A stretch of DNA of 64,000 nucleotides from NCBI GenBank assembly GCA_021768625.1, contig JAETUM010000004.1:11738-75737 (forward strand), in the 5' to 3' direction. Shown here one piece after another: positions 54,007 to 62,178 of this stretch. The DNA is from Candidatus Stoquefichus sp. (lineage in GTDB: Bacteria > Bacillota_I > Bacilli_A > Erysipelotrichales > Coprobacillaceae). Both the position numbers and the translations under genes were made by a program. Position 1 is the first letter of the stretch; each line of letters begins with the position of its first letter. The notes beneath the pieces are model-generated. The model saw only the letters and a program-made list of their open reading frames with translations. It was not told where the DNA came from and made no database searches.

Positions 54007-55041
54007 GTGGGAATTGAAGAATTTTTTAAATATATTACGCAAGTACCTTTATCAAATATTGATTTTCCTATAACAATAAATAATGTTAAGCCAAATGAAA
54101 GTTTGAATTATTCTTTGTCTATAACTTCATTGTTTTCTTTTTTACTGTTGAAAGATTATATGTTTTATCCTAAAATAATGTATAATGGTGATATATTAAT
54201 AACAGGAGAGAATGATATGAAAGAAAAATTATATTATTTTAGAATTCCTTATAATTCAAGAGAAAAGTATATTGATATTGTTTATGATGTTAATAACATG
54301 ATTTCTCATTCTGGATATTGTGAATTAAATGTTAATAACATTCCAGGTCATTTAGACTCAATACTTGCTTTTATTGATGGTGAAAATAACGTGAGTAAAA
54401 TCAGACAATATTTAATATCTAATGGTATTTATTTATGTGAAGATATGACATTCAAAGATTTAATGATTGCTAAATCAAAAAAACAATGGTCAGGAACTAC
54501 TCTTGTTCCTAATATGCCTAAAAATGAGATAGAAGAAATTTTTGGATACTTATATTTTTTTAAAAGTGATGAACAATTACAACAAGATGGTTATTCTTTC
54601 GAAAAAGAATATAAGCCTAAAGTTTTTATTTCTTATTCATGGAAGGACGATAATTATGTTAAAGAGTTTGCAGATATATTAATGGCTTCAGATATTAATA
54701 TCTGGATAGATAAGAAAGATATAGAGGGTGGAAATCATATTTTGCAAAGCATTATGGAAGGAATAGAAGAATGCGATATGGCAATCTTTTTTATAAGTAA
54801 TGCTTTTAAAAACTCTATTATTGGGAAACGTGAACTAGTAACATTCTTCACTAATGTTACTTTGGGTAAAAAACAGTGGAGAATATGTAAAATTGATGAT
54901 GTTGATCCTGATGATATCTTTCCTTCTTTAAGTCAATATAAGTATATTGAATGGCAGAATAGGGAAGAATTGTTAGAAAGTGTATATAGAGGAATAGATA
55001 AAATAAAGGAACAACACAAAATAAAAAAACACAATTTCTAA
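54007..55041 (+). CDS. TIR-domain protein with ~200-aa unknown N-terminal domain
   Basis: C-terminal KVFISYSWKDDNYVKEFADILMASDINIWIDKKDIEGGNHILQSIMEGIEECDMAIFFISNAFKNSIIGKRELVTFF follows the bacterial TIR pattern (FISYS, W.D, the conserved Glu in ...RE(L)...). GTG 54007 is preferred over the track GTG 53995, which overlaps the AGGAGG SD. Confidence 0.7.
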   Translation: MGIEEFFKYITQVPLSNIDFPITINNVKPNESLNYSLSITSLFSFLLLKDYMFYPKIMYNGDILITGENDMKEKLYYFRIPYNSREKYIDIVYDVNNMISHSGYCELNVNNIPGHLDSILAFIDGENNVSKIRQYLISNGIYLCEDMTFKDLMIAKSKKQWSGTTLVPNMPKNEIEEIFGYLYFFKSDEQLQQDGYSFEKEYKPKVFISYSWKDDNYVKEFADILMASDINIWIDKKDIEGGNHILQSIMEGIEECDMAIFFISNAFKNSIIGKRELVTFFTNVTLGKKQWRICKIDDVDPDDIFPSLSQYKYIEWQNREELLESVYRGIDKIKEQHKIKKHNF

Positions 55042-55051
55042 TTTATATAAA

Positions 55052-55067
55052 ATGGCAATATTGCCAT
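55052..55067. repeat. element palindrome copy (ATGGCAATATTGCCAT)
   Basis: Perfect 16-bp palindrome with AAA/TTTT flanks, 11 nt after the TIR gene stop. Confidence 0.9.
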
Positions 55068-55147
55068 TTTTGCTTTAACCAATAGCAAGTAAAATAAAAT
55101 TGGCAGGTTCTATAAGTTGTAATAACGTCAACTAAAAACTGTTTTGA

Positions 55148-55173
55148 GGATCTCATTAAAGAGATCCTTTTTT
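55148..55173 (+). terminator. intrinsic terminator immediately upstream of the SD of the ToxN-like gene
   Basis: Stem GGATCTC / GAGATCC, loop ATTAAA, T6. AAGGAGG SD follows directly. Confidence 0.65.
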
Positions 55174-55184
55174 AAGGAGGAAAT

Positions 55185-56000
55185 ATGAAACAGTTAGAAC
55201 TATTAGATGTTCCAGAATCTGCTATGGAAATTTTACAATCAAAAGGTTTTTGTATAAGTAGTAAAGAAGATAAGTTTATTGTTACTTATAATTGCTCTAA
55301 AGAAACATTGAAATTTAAAAATAAAAAAGAAATTTCATTTTGGGTTAATAATTACTTATATTATTATTTCACTTATGAAAAATATAATTTATTTATAAAT
55401 AATAAATTAAACCTGGATGATTGTTTAAAGTATTATAAAAATGTTGTTGATTTTAATCGATATGTTAATAATGATGAATTAAATCATCTTATAGATGAGA
55501 TAGAAGTATATATATCTAAAATAATAAATGATTATCAAAAAGAAATTAATAAGCGTATAAGAATTGAACCATTTTATTTTTATTTATTAGATGAAGAAAT
55601 TTATAACAAAGATTATCCAAAATTGTATCCTAAGAAAAGTACAAGGCCTTTTCTTTTGTATAAAAAAGAATTGGACAGTAATATTCTTTGGTTGATACCA
55701 ATATCTAGAGCACCAAACAAGAAGTATGAAAAACTTCTTAGCAATGAGAAAAAAGCTATTATAAAATATTCAATTGTGAAAACAAGTTGTTATATTTTAA
55801 TTCAAAATATAATTCCTATAAATGAAAAGTATATTAAATCAAGGTTTTTATATAATGGTATTCACATACATATTAAGAATAAAGAAGTAATGAGAAATAT
55901 TCATAAGAAAGCAGAGAGAACTCTTGCTATGATTAAATACGATAAATATTATTTTTCTAGCGAGATAAAAAAGATGTATTTATCTCAAAGTGAAAAGTAA
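55185..56000 (+). CDS. protein with C-terminal ToxN/AbiQ-like (type III toxin endoribonuclease-like) domain and ~130-aa N-terminal extension
   Basis: Residues ~130-270 (FYFYLLDEEIYNKDYPKLYPKKSTRPFLLYKKELDSNILWLIPISRAPNKKYEKLL...CYILIQNIIPINEKYI) parallel the remembered ToxN/AbiQ layout (FYTIS.KYI.YL...KAFIGIVLEI....YLAPLTSPKK...LINLKFMIPI.E). Pattern match by eye only. Confidence 0.4.
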   Translation: MKQLELLDVPESAMEILQSKGFCISSKEDKFIVTYNCSKETLKFKNKKEISFWVNNYLYYYFTYEKYNLFINNKLNLDDCLKYYKNVVDFNRYVNNDELNHLIDEIEVYISKIINDYQKEINKRIRIEPFYFYLLDEEIYNKDYPKLYPKKSTRPFLLYKKELDSNILWLIPISRAPNKKYEKLLSNEKKAIIKYSIVKTSCYILIQNIIPINEKYIKSRFLYNGIHIHIKNKEVMRNIHKKAERTLAMIKYDKYYFSSEIKKMYLSQSEK

Positions 56001-56009
56001 ATTATAGAA

Positions 56010-56025
56010 ATGGCAAAGTTGCCAT
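56010..56025. repeat. element palindrome copy (ATGGCAAAGTTGCCAT)
   Basis: Perfect palindrome ending 24 nt upstream of ATG 56050. Confidence 0.9.
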
Positions 56026-56049
56026 TTTTTATATAAGGAGAAATTTAAA

Positions 56050-57213
56050 ATGAAAATTGGAACATTTAGATTTGCAGAATACGGAAAACAAGCTCCTAAA
56101 AATTCACGTTTTAAAGGAACTATAGATACAGAATCTTTACTAGGGTGGAGTGAATATACTGATAGAGAGGAAGCTAAGGATCATGAGAAGGAATTGAATA
56201 AGAGAGATGATGGTTTTTTTGGGTATACTCAATCTCATACTCTAGAAAAAACAATGAGTTCAATTGGATTTATAGAACATGGTGAAAACGAAAAAAGAAA
56301 AGAGTTTAGAAAAATGATTGCAGCATCATTTCATAAGAAAGGAAATCTCTTTTTTGATACTGTTATTAGTGTTGAGAATTTTGCGGAATTAGAAGAGTGT
56401 GGAATTCGTTCTGTAGAAGATTGGAATATTATTGTCAATAATGCAATGAAGAAATTTATTAAAACATTGGATTTGGATTATCAAAATATTATCTGGTGGG
56501 CTGACTCACATAATAATACAGAAAATCCACATATACATCTTACATTCTTAGAAAAAGAACAAACAAGAACTAGAGGGAAAATAACACCAGAACAATTAGC
56601 AGCGTTCAAAAGATATTTCTTTACAGAAATATCTGCACGAAAAAAATTAGAGAAAGAATTTAAGAAACCATATCAAGAGGTTTTTAAAGATAAAGATATC
56701 CAATTTAAGGAAATCCTTAATAATGCAGATAATGTTTTATCAAAGAATAAAGTAACTCTTAACAATTTATATAGATATTTACCAAAACAAGGAAGATTAC
56801 AATATAACTCATATAACTTTAAACCTTATAGACATTATATTGATGATATTATTAATGATATTATTTTAAAAGATAAAGATGTACAAAAATCACTTGATAA
56901 ATGGATGAATACATTAGAAATGTTTGAACAGATTATTAATGACAATGCTCATGATATAGCTACAATCAAAGAAGCTGAAATGAAAAAGTTGTATGAACAG
57001 ATTGGAAATAAAATATTAAAGTATTACAAAAAATCAAATTATATTGAGGTAATTAAAAAGGGAAAGAATGGTAAGACATATCATAAGCTCATTAAAAAAA
57101 GAAAAATCACAAGAAATAGTCTTGCTTATGATATAAGTAGATCAGCTGAAAATGAAAGTTATAGATTAGAATTAGAGATAGAGGAGTTTTTAAGAGCATA
57201 TCACTTAAGTTAA
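56050..57213 (+). CDS. conjugative relaxase (MobL-like, His-triad relaxase domain)
   Basis: N-terminal relaxase fold with the HxDxxxPHxH-type metal motif WWADSHNNTENPHIHLTF. Size and basic helical C-terminus are consistent with Firmicutes MobL (pLS20 Rel-type) relaxases. The family assignment is tentative. Confidence 0.7.
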   Translation: MKIGTFRFAEYGKQAPKNSRFKGTIDTESLLGWSEYTDREEAKDHEKELNKRDDGFFGYTQSHTLEKTMSSIGFIEHGENEKRKEFRKMIAASFHKKGNLFFDTVISVENFAELEECGIRSVEDWNIIVNNAMKKFIKTLDLDYQNIIWWADSHNNTENPHIHLTFLEKEQTRTRGKITPEQLAAFKRYFFTEISARKKLEKEFKKPYQEVFKDKDIQFKEILNNADNVLSKNKVTLNNLYRYLPKQGRLQYNSYNFKPYRHYIDDIINDIILKDKDVQKSLDKWMNTLEMFEQIINDNAHDIATIKEAEMKKLYEQIGNKILKYYKKSNYIEVIKKGKNGKTYHKLIKKRKITRNSLAYDISRSAENESYRLELEIEEFLRAYHLS

Positions 57214-57217
57214 TTAT

Positions 57218-57233
57218 ATGGCAAGTTTGCCAT
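57218..57233. repeat. element palindrome copy (ATGGCAAGTTTGCCAT)
   Basis: Perfect palindrome 5 nt after the relaxase stop, ending 24 nt upstream of ATG 57258. Confidence 0.9.
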
Positions 57234-57257
57234 TTTTAGAGATAAGGAGGATAAACT

Positions 57258-58061
57258 ATGAGAAAAAGTAATATTGAATTTGGATATTTTCAAATTAAAA
57301 ATGATGAACATTTATATTTATTGGAAAGTCAAGGTAGCAAAAATATAACTATCTCAAAAACATATGATCAGGTTTCTAATGAAAAAAATGATAAATATGA
57401 ATGGAATGGTCAGTACGATATTGATTATGATGGAATAACAGATATTTATTGTTATATAGATTATGTTGATGATAAAGTAAGTATTGAATTTGTTGAAGGT
57501 TATTCCATTCATGGTTCATCAAGTTCGTATGAGTTGGATTTTGAAAATGACAAATCAACTATAGATTGGATAATTAACAAGGTTACAAAAAATGAAGAAT
57601 TTATTTCTTTTTGTGACACAATAGATAAAATCAACAAGTTGGAAGAAAAGTTATTATTAGAATCTTCTGGAGAAGAGTCAAAATTAAAGTTTTTAGAATA
57701 CACTGAAGGCAAAATAGAACCACTTGGGAAAATCATGATTAATGATGATAATAAGCTAGTTAATGATGCTAAAGAAGAACATACTGATTATAATGTGATA
57801 ATGACAGGAAGAATTCGAGATTATGGCTTATGTAAAATATTAGATAATTCTATAAATGGTGGGGAATCACTGTTATTGGTTACAGAGGAAAATAACATAT
57901 TAGATAACCCAATGATAGATGCCACAATATATACTGCAAGAATGGAATTTGATAAAATTGATCCAGCTTATGTTCAACTGGTTTTAGAATATTGGAATGA
58001 ATGTGGTATGGAATCATTAATACAAGAAGAAAATGAATTAGAAAATTCATTGATTTTATAA
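57258..58061 (+). CDS. acidic hypothetical protein
   Basis: 267 aa, D/E-rich. AAGGAGG SD. Lies between the relaxase and coupling protein genes. Confidence 0.6.
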   Translation: MRKSNIEFGYFQIKNDEHLYLLESQGSKNITISKTYDQVSNEKNDKYEWNGQYDIDYDGITDIYCYIDYVDDKVSIEFVEGYSIHGSSSSYELDFENDKSTIDWIINKVTKNEEFISFCDTIDKINKLEEKLLLESSGEESKLKFLEYTEGKIEPLGKIMINDDNKLVNDAKEEHTDYNVIMTGRIRDYGLCKILDNSINGGESLLLVTEENNILDNPMIDATIYTARMEFDKIDPAYVQLVLEYWNECGMESLIQEENELENSLIL

Positions 58062-58083
58062 CAAACTATCTATATTAAACAAC

Positions 58084-58099
58084 ATGGCAAACTTGCCAT
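58084..58099. repeat. element palindrome copy (ATGGCAAACTTGCCAT; arms extend to 14 bp, 58077-58106)
   Basis: AAACAACATGGCAA-AC-TTGCCATGTTGTTT. Confidence 0.9.
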
Positions 58100-58128
58100 G
58101 TTGTTTTATTTAAAGAATGGAGAAATTT

Positions 58129-60147
58129 ATGAAGAAGTTAACACAGATTATTATTGCTACTATTATATCAATGGTTTTGATATATTTTCTTGGAATTCAA
58201 TTTATAAATATGTGGGTTTATAAAAAATTTAATATAAGTTATGACTATTCATTGTTATTTTTTAGGGGAAATTTATATTTCTTAATATTAACCTTTCTTT
58301 CTACTATACCAGCATGGTGTATATTTTTTAATGATATTTTTAGAAAGAAAATAAAATATAACAATTCTTACAGTACAATGCAAAGTCAGAGGGATATAAA
58401 AAAGAATCTAATTCTTATTCATTTTAATAGAAATGGACTTTATATAACTCCTTTAGATAAAATAAAAATACTAAAAAATGAGATGAAATTGAATTTGGAA
58501 AAAAGTTTTTATAATTTTTATTTAAATAATGAATCCTTATATTGGTTGCATTTACAAGATATAAAATTTAAAAAAATGAAAAAATATAAGGTCGGAGATG
58601 AAGAAACCTATTTTAGAACAGGATTACCAATAATTACTAAGACAGGAAAAATATGGTGTGATCCAACAGACAGTCATTCTTTGATTGTTGGAACAACTAA
58701 TTCTGGTAAAACATTTAGTATTATACTTATACTTATTCAATTAACACGTTTAGCAAAGCAATCCGCTGTTATAGTTGATGTTAAAGGGGAGTTATCAAGG
58801 ATGACTGCTCAAGATTTTATAAATGATGGCTATACAACATATTTTATTGACTTTATAACACCTGAAAGTAGTGATTGTTGGAATCCATTACATTTAGCAG
58901 CCATTGAATGGAAAAAAGAGAATGAAAGAATTGAAAAAGAAAAAGCGAGAATAGTGGAATTACTAAATGAGAAAGAAAAGATACATCATTTACATTATGG
59001 TGATAGTATACCATTTGATCCATATAAAGCTATAGGAAACAATGAGAATGGCGATCCTTTAATTAACCCAGTAACTGGAGAAATTTTAACATATCCAGAT
59101 TATTCAAAAGCAAGTGAATATATTATAGATGTATGTAATTCGATTTGCGATGATCCAACCGCAAAGGAAAAGGTATGGAATAATATGGCTAGTAGGTTAA
59201 TGAGAGGTATTATCTACTTATTAATGGAAGAGGGAAATGAAGAATTTATCAATTTTGAATCAGTAAAAAGGATTTTGGATTTAGGAGATTTGCCTATTCC
59301 TGGTACTAAAAGTACTTACTTAAAAGAATATGTATATAAATACAGAAAAGCAGGTGATTTATCTTATGAAACACTAAGTGAATATTTAGAAGCTCCAGCG
59401 ACAACTAAAAACTCTATTAAGAGTGTTTTTGGTGAAAGGATTGATGCAATAATTTTATCTCAACAGATTAAGAATATGACAGCTAAAAATGATATAGACT
59501 TTGAAAATATTGGCAATAAAAAAACAGTTATATTTTTAAAGGTACATGATGAAAAATCAACATATTATCCTTTGGTTAATTTATTTATGAGACAATTTTG
59601 TGAGGTGCAGATAAAATTAGCAAGAAAAAATCCTAAAGAAAGATTAAGAGTACCAATCGATATTATTTGGGATGAGTTTGGAAATTCACCAACATATGAA
59701 GGAATAAAAAACCTTTTGACAGCAGGAAGATCAAGAGGTATTAGAGTGACAATGGTTATACAAGGATATGACCAATTAAATGAAAAGTATGGGGATAATG
59801 GAGCTAAAACAATAAAAAACAACTGTATGAATACAGTTTATCTATTAAGTGGAGACAATATGACATTGAAAGAGATAAGTGATAGATGTGGTACCAAGAA
59901 AGTTTATAGAAATGGAAAAGAAGAAAATGAACCAGTTTTTACAATTGACAGATTGTCTCACTTTAAATTAGGAGAAGCATTGTTTTTAAGACAGAGGGAA
60001 AATCCTTTTTTCACAAAACTAAAAGCCTATGATAAATATAGAATTTATAAAAGAGAAGCAAATTATGTAGGACAGCCAAAACCTAAGCCTATAGCAAAAG
60101 GCTGGGATATAAAAAAAGCATATGCTTTTAAACAATTTAAAAAGTAA
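58129..60147 (+). CDS. type IV coupling protein (VirD4/TraG/PcfC-like)
   Basis: Two N-terminal TM helices. Walker A VGTTNSGKT, Walker B IIWDEFGN. ATG 58129 is preferred (GGAGA SD 5 nt upstream) over 58117. Confidence 0.85.
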   Translation: MKKLTQIIIATIISMVLIYFLGIQFINMWVYKKFNISYDYSLLFFRGNLYFLILTFLSTIPAWCIFFNDIFRKKIKYNNSYSTMQSQRDIKKNLILIHFNRNGLYITPLDKIKILKNEMKLNLEKSFYNFYLNNESLYWLHLQDIKFKKMKKYKVGDEETYFRTGLPIITKTGKIWCDPTDSHSLIVGTTNSGKTFSIILILIQLTRLAKQSAVIVDVKGELSRMTAQDFINDGYTTYFIDFITPESSDCWNPLHLAAIEWKKENERIEKEKARIVELLNEKEKIHHLHYGDSIPFDPYKAIGNNENGDPLINPVTGEILTYPDYSKASEYIIDVCNSICDDPTAKEKVWNNMASRLMRGIIYLLMEEGNEEFINFESVKRILDLGDLPIPGTKSTYLKEYVYKYRKAGDLSYETLSEYLEAPATTKNSIKSVFGERIDAIILSQQIKNMTAKNDIDFENIGNKKTVIFLKVHDEKSTYYPLVNLFMRQFCEVQIKLARKNPKERLRVPIDIIWDEFGNSPTYEGIKNLLTAGRSRGIRVTMVIQGYDQLNEKYGDNGAKTIKNNCMNTVYLLSGDNMTLKEISDRCGTKKVYRNGKEENEPVFTIDRLSHFKLGEALFLRQRENPFFTKLKAYDKYRIYKREANYVGQPKPKPIAKGWDIKKAYAFKQFKK

Positions 60148-60165
60148 CGATATGGAGGAAAAAAC

Positions 60166-61323
60166 ATGATAGAAGAGTTATTGGAGCAGTATAATATAAC
60201 CTATTTAGGTTATCAAAACTTAGATGAGTCAATATTAAAGAAATTAGACAGAACAAAAATACATAGACTAACAAAAGAAAGCAATTGTTTAATTATGGAG
60301 AATTACAGTGAAGAGAAGGATTCTCTTTTTCTTAAAGATTCAATCTTAAAGTCAATGAAGATAAGTAATACTCGAATTAAACAAGCTATATTTATAAATT
60401 GTAAATTTGATGATACTGTTATAGCAGAATCGTCATTTGCGAATGGTATATTTATAAATTGCTATTTTAAATACATTATGTTTGATAAGGTTAATTTAGA
60501 ACACGCAAAAATGGTATATTGCCATTTTGAATCGTGTAGTATGACTAGATGTAAATTAAATTACTCTCATTTTTTTAAGAGTGACTTTGAAAAAATAGAA
60601 ATTGAAAAGGACCATAATCATCCGAAGTTCAGTGAAACAAAGGATATGATTATAGAAAATAGTGTAGATAAAGAAAATATAGAAAAAAAAGAGGTAGAAA
60701 ACATGAAGGCAGATAAAAAAACTAATATTATAGAAAATAAAATTTTTGAAAGTGACTATCAAATTGAAAGTGATATGATTTATAATCATTGTACATTCAA
60801 TGAAACAAATATTGAAAAAATAAATGTGAGTACAGATTTCCAAGATTGTGTCTTTAATAATACAACTTTTAATGGTGAATTTTATAAAGTTGCATTTTCA
60901 TTAAGTAAATTTAATGATTGCATATTTTCGGGCTATTTTTCAAAATGTTTTTTTGATAATTGTAAATTTAATGATACAAATAAGTTTGAAAAAATACATT
61001 TTTTACAATGTGATTTTTCTCGAGCTGATATACCAAATCAAATTATGGATGTTATTAAAGAAAAGTCGTCTTACTCAATCTTTGATGTTGCACCTCATAA
61101 AAAAGAGGATAATGAATTTGAAAATATGATTAAGCCTATATTTGAAAAATTCCAAAAATATAAAATGGAAATTGATGAGTTACAAAATAAAATAATAGAG
61201 AAAAAGGATATTATTGATTATATATCAAAATTAAGTTCTGATGAAAAACTTCAAATTGTTGTTTCTTCTTTAGCTGTTTCTTCTAATAATACTAATACTA
61301 ATAGTAATGATAATGAGATATAA
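60166..61323 (+). CDS. pentapeptide-repeat protein (two repeat blocks) with coiled-coil and N/T/S-rich tail
   Basis: Runs such as FINCKFDDTVIAESSFANGIFINCYFKYIMFDKVNLEHAKMVYCHFESCSMTRCKLNYSHFFKSDF and CTFNETNIEKINVSTDFQDCVFNNTTFNG... follow the A(D/N)LXX-type quadrilateral beta-helix periodicity. Confidence 0.7.
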   Translation: MIEELLEQYNITYLGYQNLDESILKKLDRTKIHRLTKESNCLIMENYSEEKDSLFLKDSILKSMKISNTRIKQAIFINCKFDDTVIAESSFANGIFINCYFKYIMFDKVNLEHAKMVYCHFESCSMTRCKLNYSHFFKSDFEKIEIEKDHNHPKFSETKDMIIENSVDKENIEKKEVENMKADKKTNIIENKIFESDYQIESDMIYNHCTFNETNIEKINVSTDFQDCVFNNTTFNGEFYKVAFSLSKFNDCIFSGYFSKCFFDNCKFNDTNKFEKIHFLQCDFSRADIPNQIMDVIKEKSSYSIFDVAPHKKEDNEFENMIKPIFEKFQKYKMEIDELQNKIIEKKDIIDYISKLSSDEKLQIVVSSLAVSSNNTNTNSNDNEI

Positions 61324-61331
61324 TTGATAGA

Positions 61332-61907
61332 ATGAATTATTTTATAGAAGTGATGGATGGATCTAATTTAACATATTATTTTAGATCCTATTTATTTTCA
61401 AAAGGTTTTAGGTTTAGAAAGAAACAAAAGATATGGCTTTATCAAACACATGACTTAGACTTCATTGGTCAAATTAAATCTTATTGCAAGTCAAATGGAC
61501 TTGTTTGTATTGTTTATACTAGAAATCAGATAAGGAATAGAACATACAGGGAAAACTTTTTTGAGAAAAATCAACCTTTAATAAAGGATTACTATCTATG
61601 TGCATACTGTCTAAAGCCAGTACATAAAAAAAAGATAACTGTAGATCATGTTATTTCTGTAAAAAAAGCAAAAACTAATAAATTGTACCAAAAAATAATG
61701 AAAAAAATGAAAATTAGTAATGTGAATGATGAAAAAAATTTAGTGGCTTGTTGTAGTAGATGTAATCAAAGAAAAGGAAAGAAAGGTGGCTTGTGGGTTG
61801 TAAGAGGTTTTTTAGGCAAACATAAGATATGGCTGTTGTCATGTTATATTTTAATGATATTCTTAATATTTTTAATGATTGTCGTTTTATTCCCAAAAAG
61901 TCATTAA
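61332..61907 (+). CDS. HNH endonuclease with C-terminal transmembrane helix
   Basis: CAYCLKPV...ITVDHVISV...NLVACCSRCNQRKG is an HNH/Cys-box motif. C-terminal IWLLSCYILMIFLIFLMIVVLF is a hydrophobic anchor. Confidence 0.7.
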   Translation: MNYFIEVMDGSNLTYYFRSYLFSKGFRFRKKQKIWLYQTHDLDFIGQIKSYCKSNGLVCIVYTRNQIRNRTYRENFFEKNQPLIKDYYLCAYCLKPVHKKKITVDHVISVKKAKTNKLYQKIMKKMKISNVNDEKNLVACCSRCNQRKGKKGGLWVVRGFLGKHKIWLLSCYILMIFLIFLMIVVLFPKSH

Positions 61908-61948
61908 CATAAAAGTAGATGATAGGATTATGAAGAAAGGGAGTAAAT

Positions 61949-62131
61949 ATGGAATTAACTGAAGAACAAGAGTTTCAAGATGATGTACATGATATTCTCA
62001 GGCATCTTGAAGAAGAAGCGATTTTTATATGTGATAATTCATCAGATAAAATTAATAGACATGTGGAATTAATGCGTATAGGATACTATAAATTATTTAA
62101 TATGCTGAAGTATAATTTAGAAAAGGAGTAA
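61949..62131 (+). CDS. small acidic hypothetical protein
   Basis: 60-aa ORF with AAAGGGAG SD. Confidence 0.45.
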   Translation: MELTEEQEFQDDVHDILRHLEEEAIFICDNSSDKINRHVELMRIGYYKLFNMLKYNLEKE

Positions 62132-62147
62132 ATGGCAATTTTGCCAT
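62132..62147. repeat. element palindrome copy (ATGGCAATTTTGCCAT)
   Basis: Begins immediately after the stop codon at 62129-62131 and ends 31 nt upstream of ATG 62179. Last copy in the window. Confidence 0.9.
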
Positions 62148-62178
62148 TTTTTATATAGAAAGAAGGTGAGGATAAAAT

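Noticed and set aside
53995-55041. The TIR protein as the ThsB component of a Thoeris system.
   Set aside because: No ThsA-like (SIR2 or TM-SLOG/Macro) gene occurs anywhere in the window, and the flanking genes are RHH-like, ToxN-like and relaxase. It is therefore treated as a non-canonical TIR locus.
55068-55147. Looked for ToxI/AntiQ-like tandem RNA repeats (about 34-36-nt units) upstream of the ToxN-like gene.
   Set aside because: No tandem periodicity is visible in the 117-nt leader, so a canonical type III TA locus cannot be claimed.
23926-62147. TGGCA...TTGCC in the palindromes resembles the -24/-12 elements of sigma-54 promoters (TGGCAC-N5-TTGCW).
   Set aside because: GG and GC are only 9 nt apart here, against 12 nt in sigma-54 promoters. 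The sites are perfect palindromes with no orientation relative to the genes, and the SD follows too closely for a transcript start plus leader.
23926-62147. The dispersed identical repeats could be a CRISPR-like array.
   Set aside because: Spacing is irregular (about 0.9 to 14 kb). The intervening DNA is ordinary protein-coding sequence, the repeats are only 16-24 bp, and there are no cas genes.
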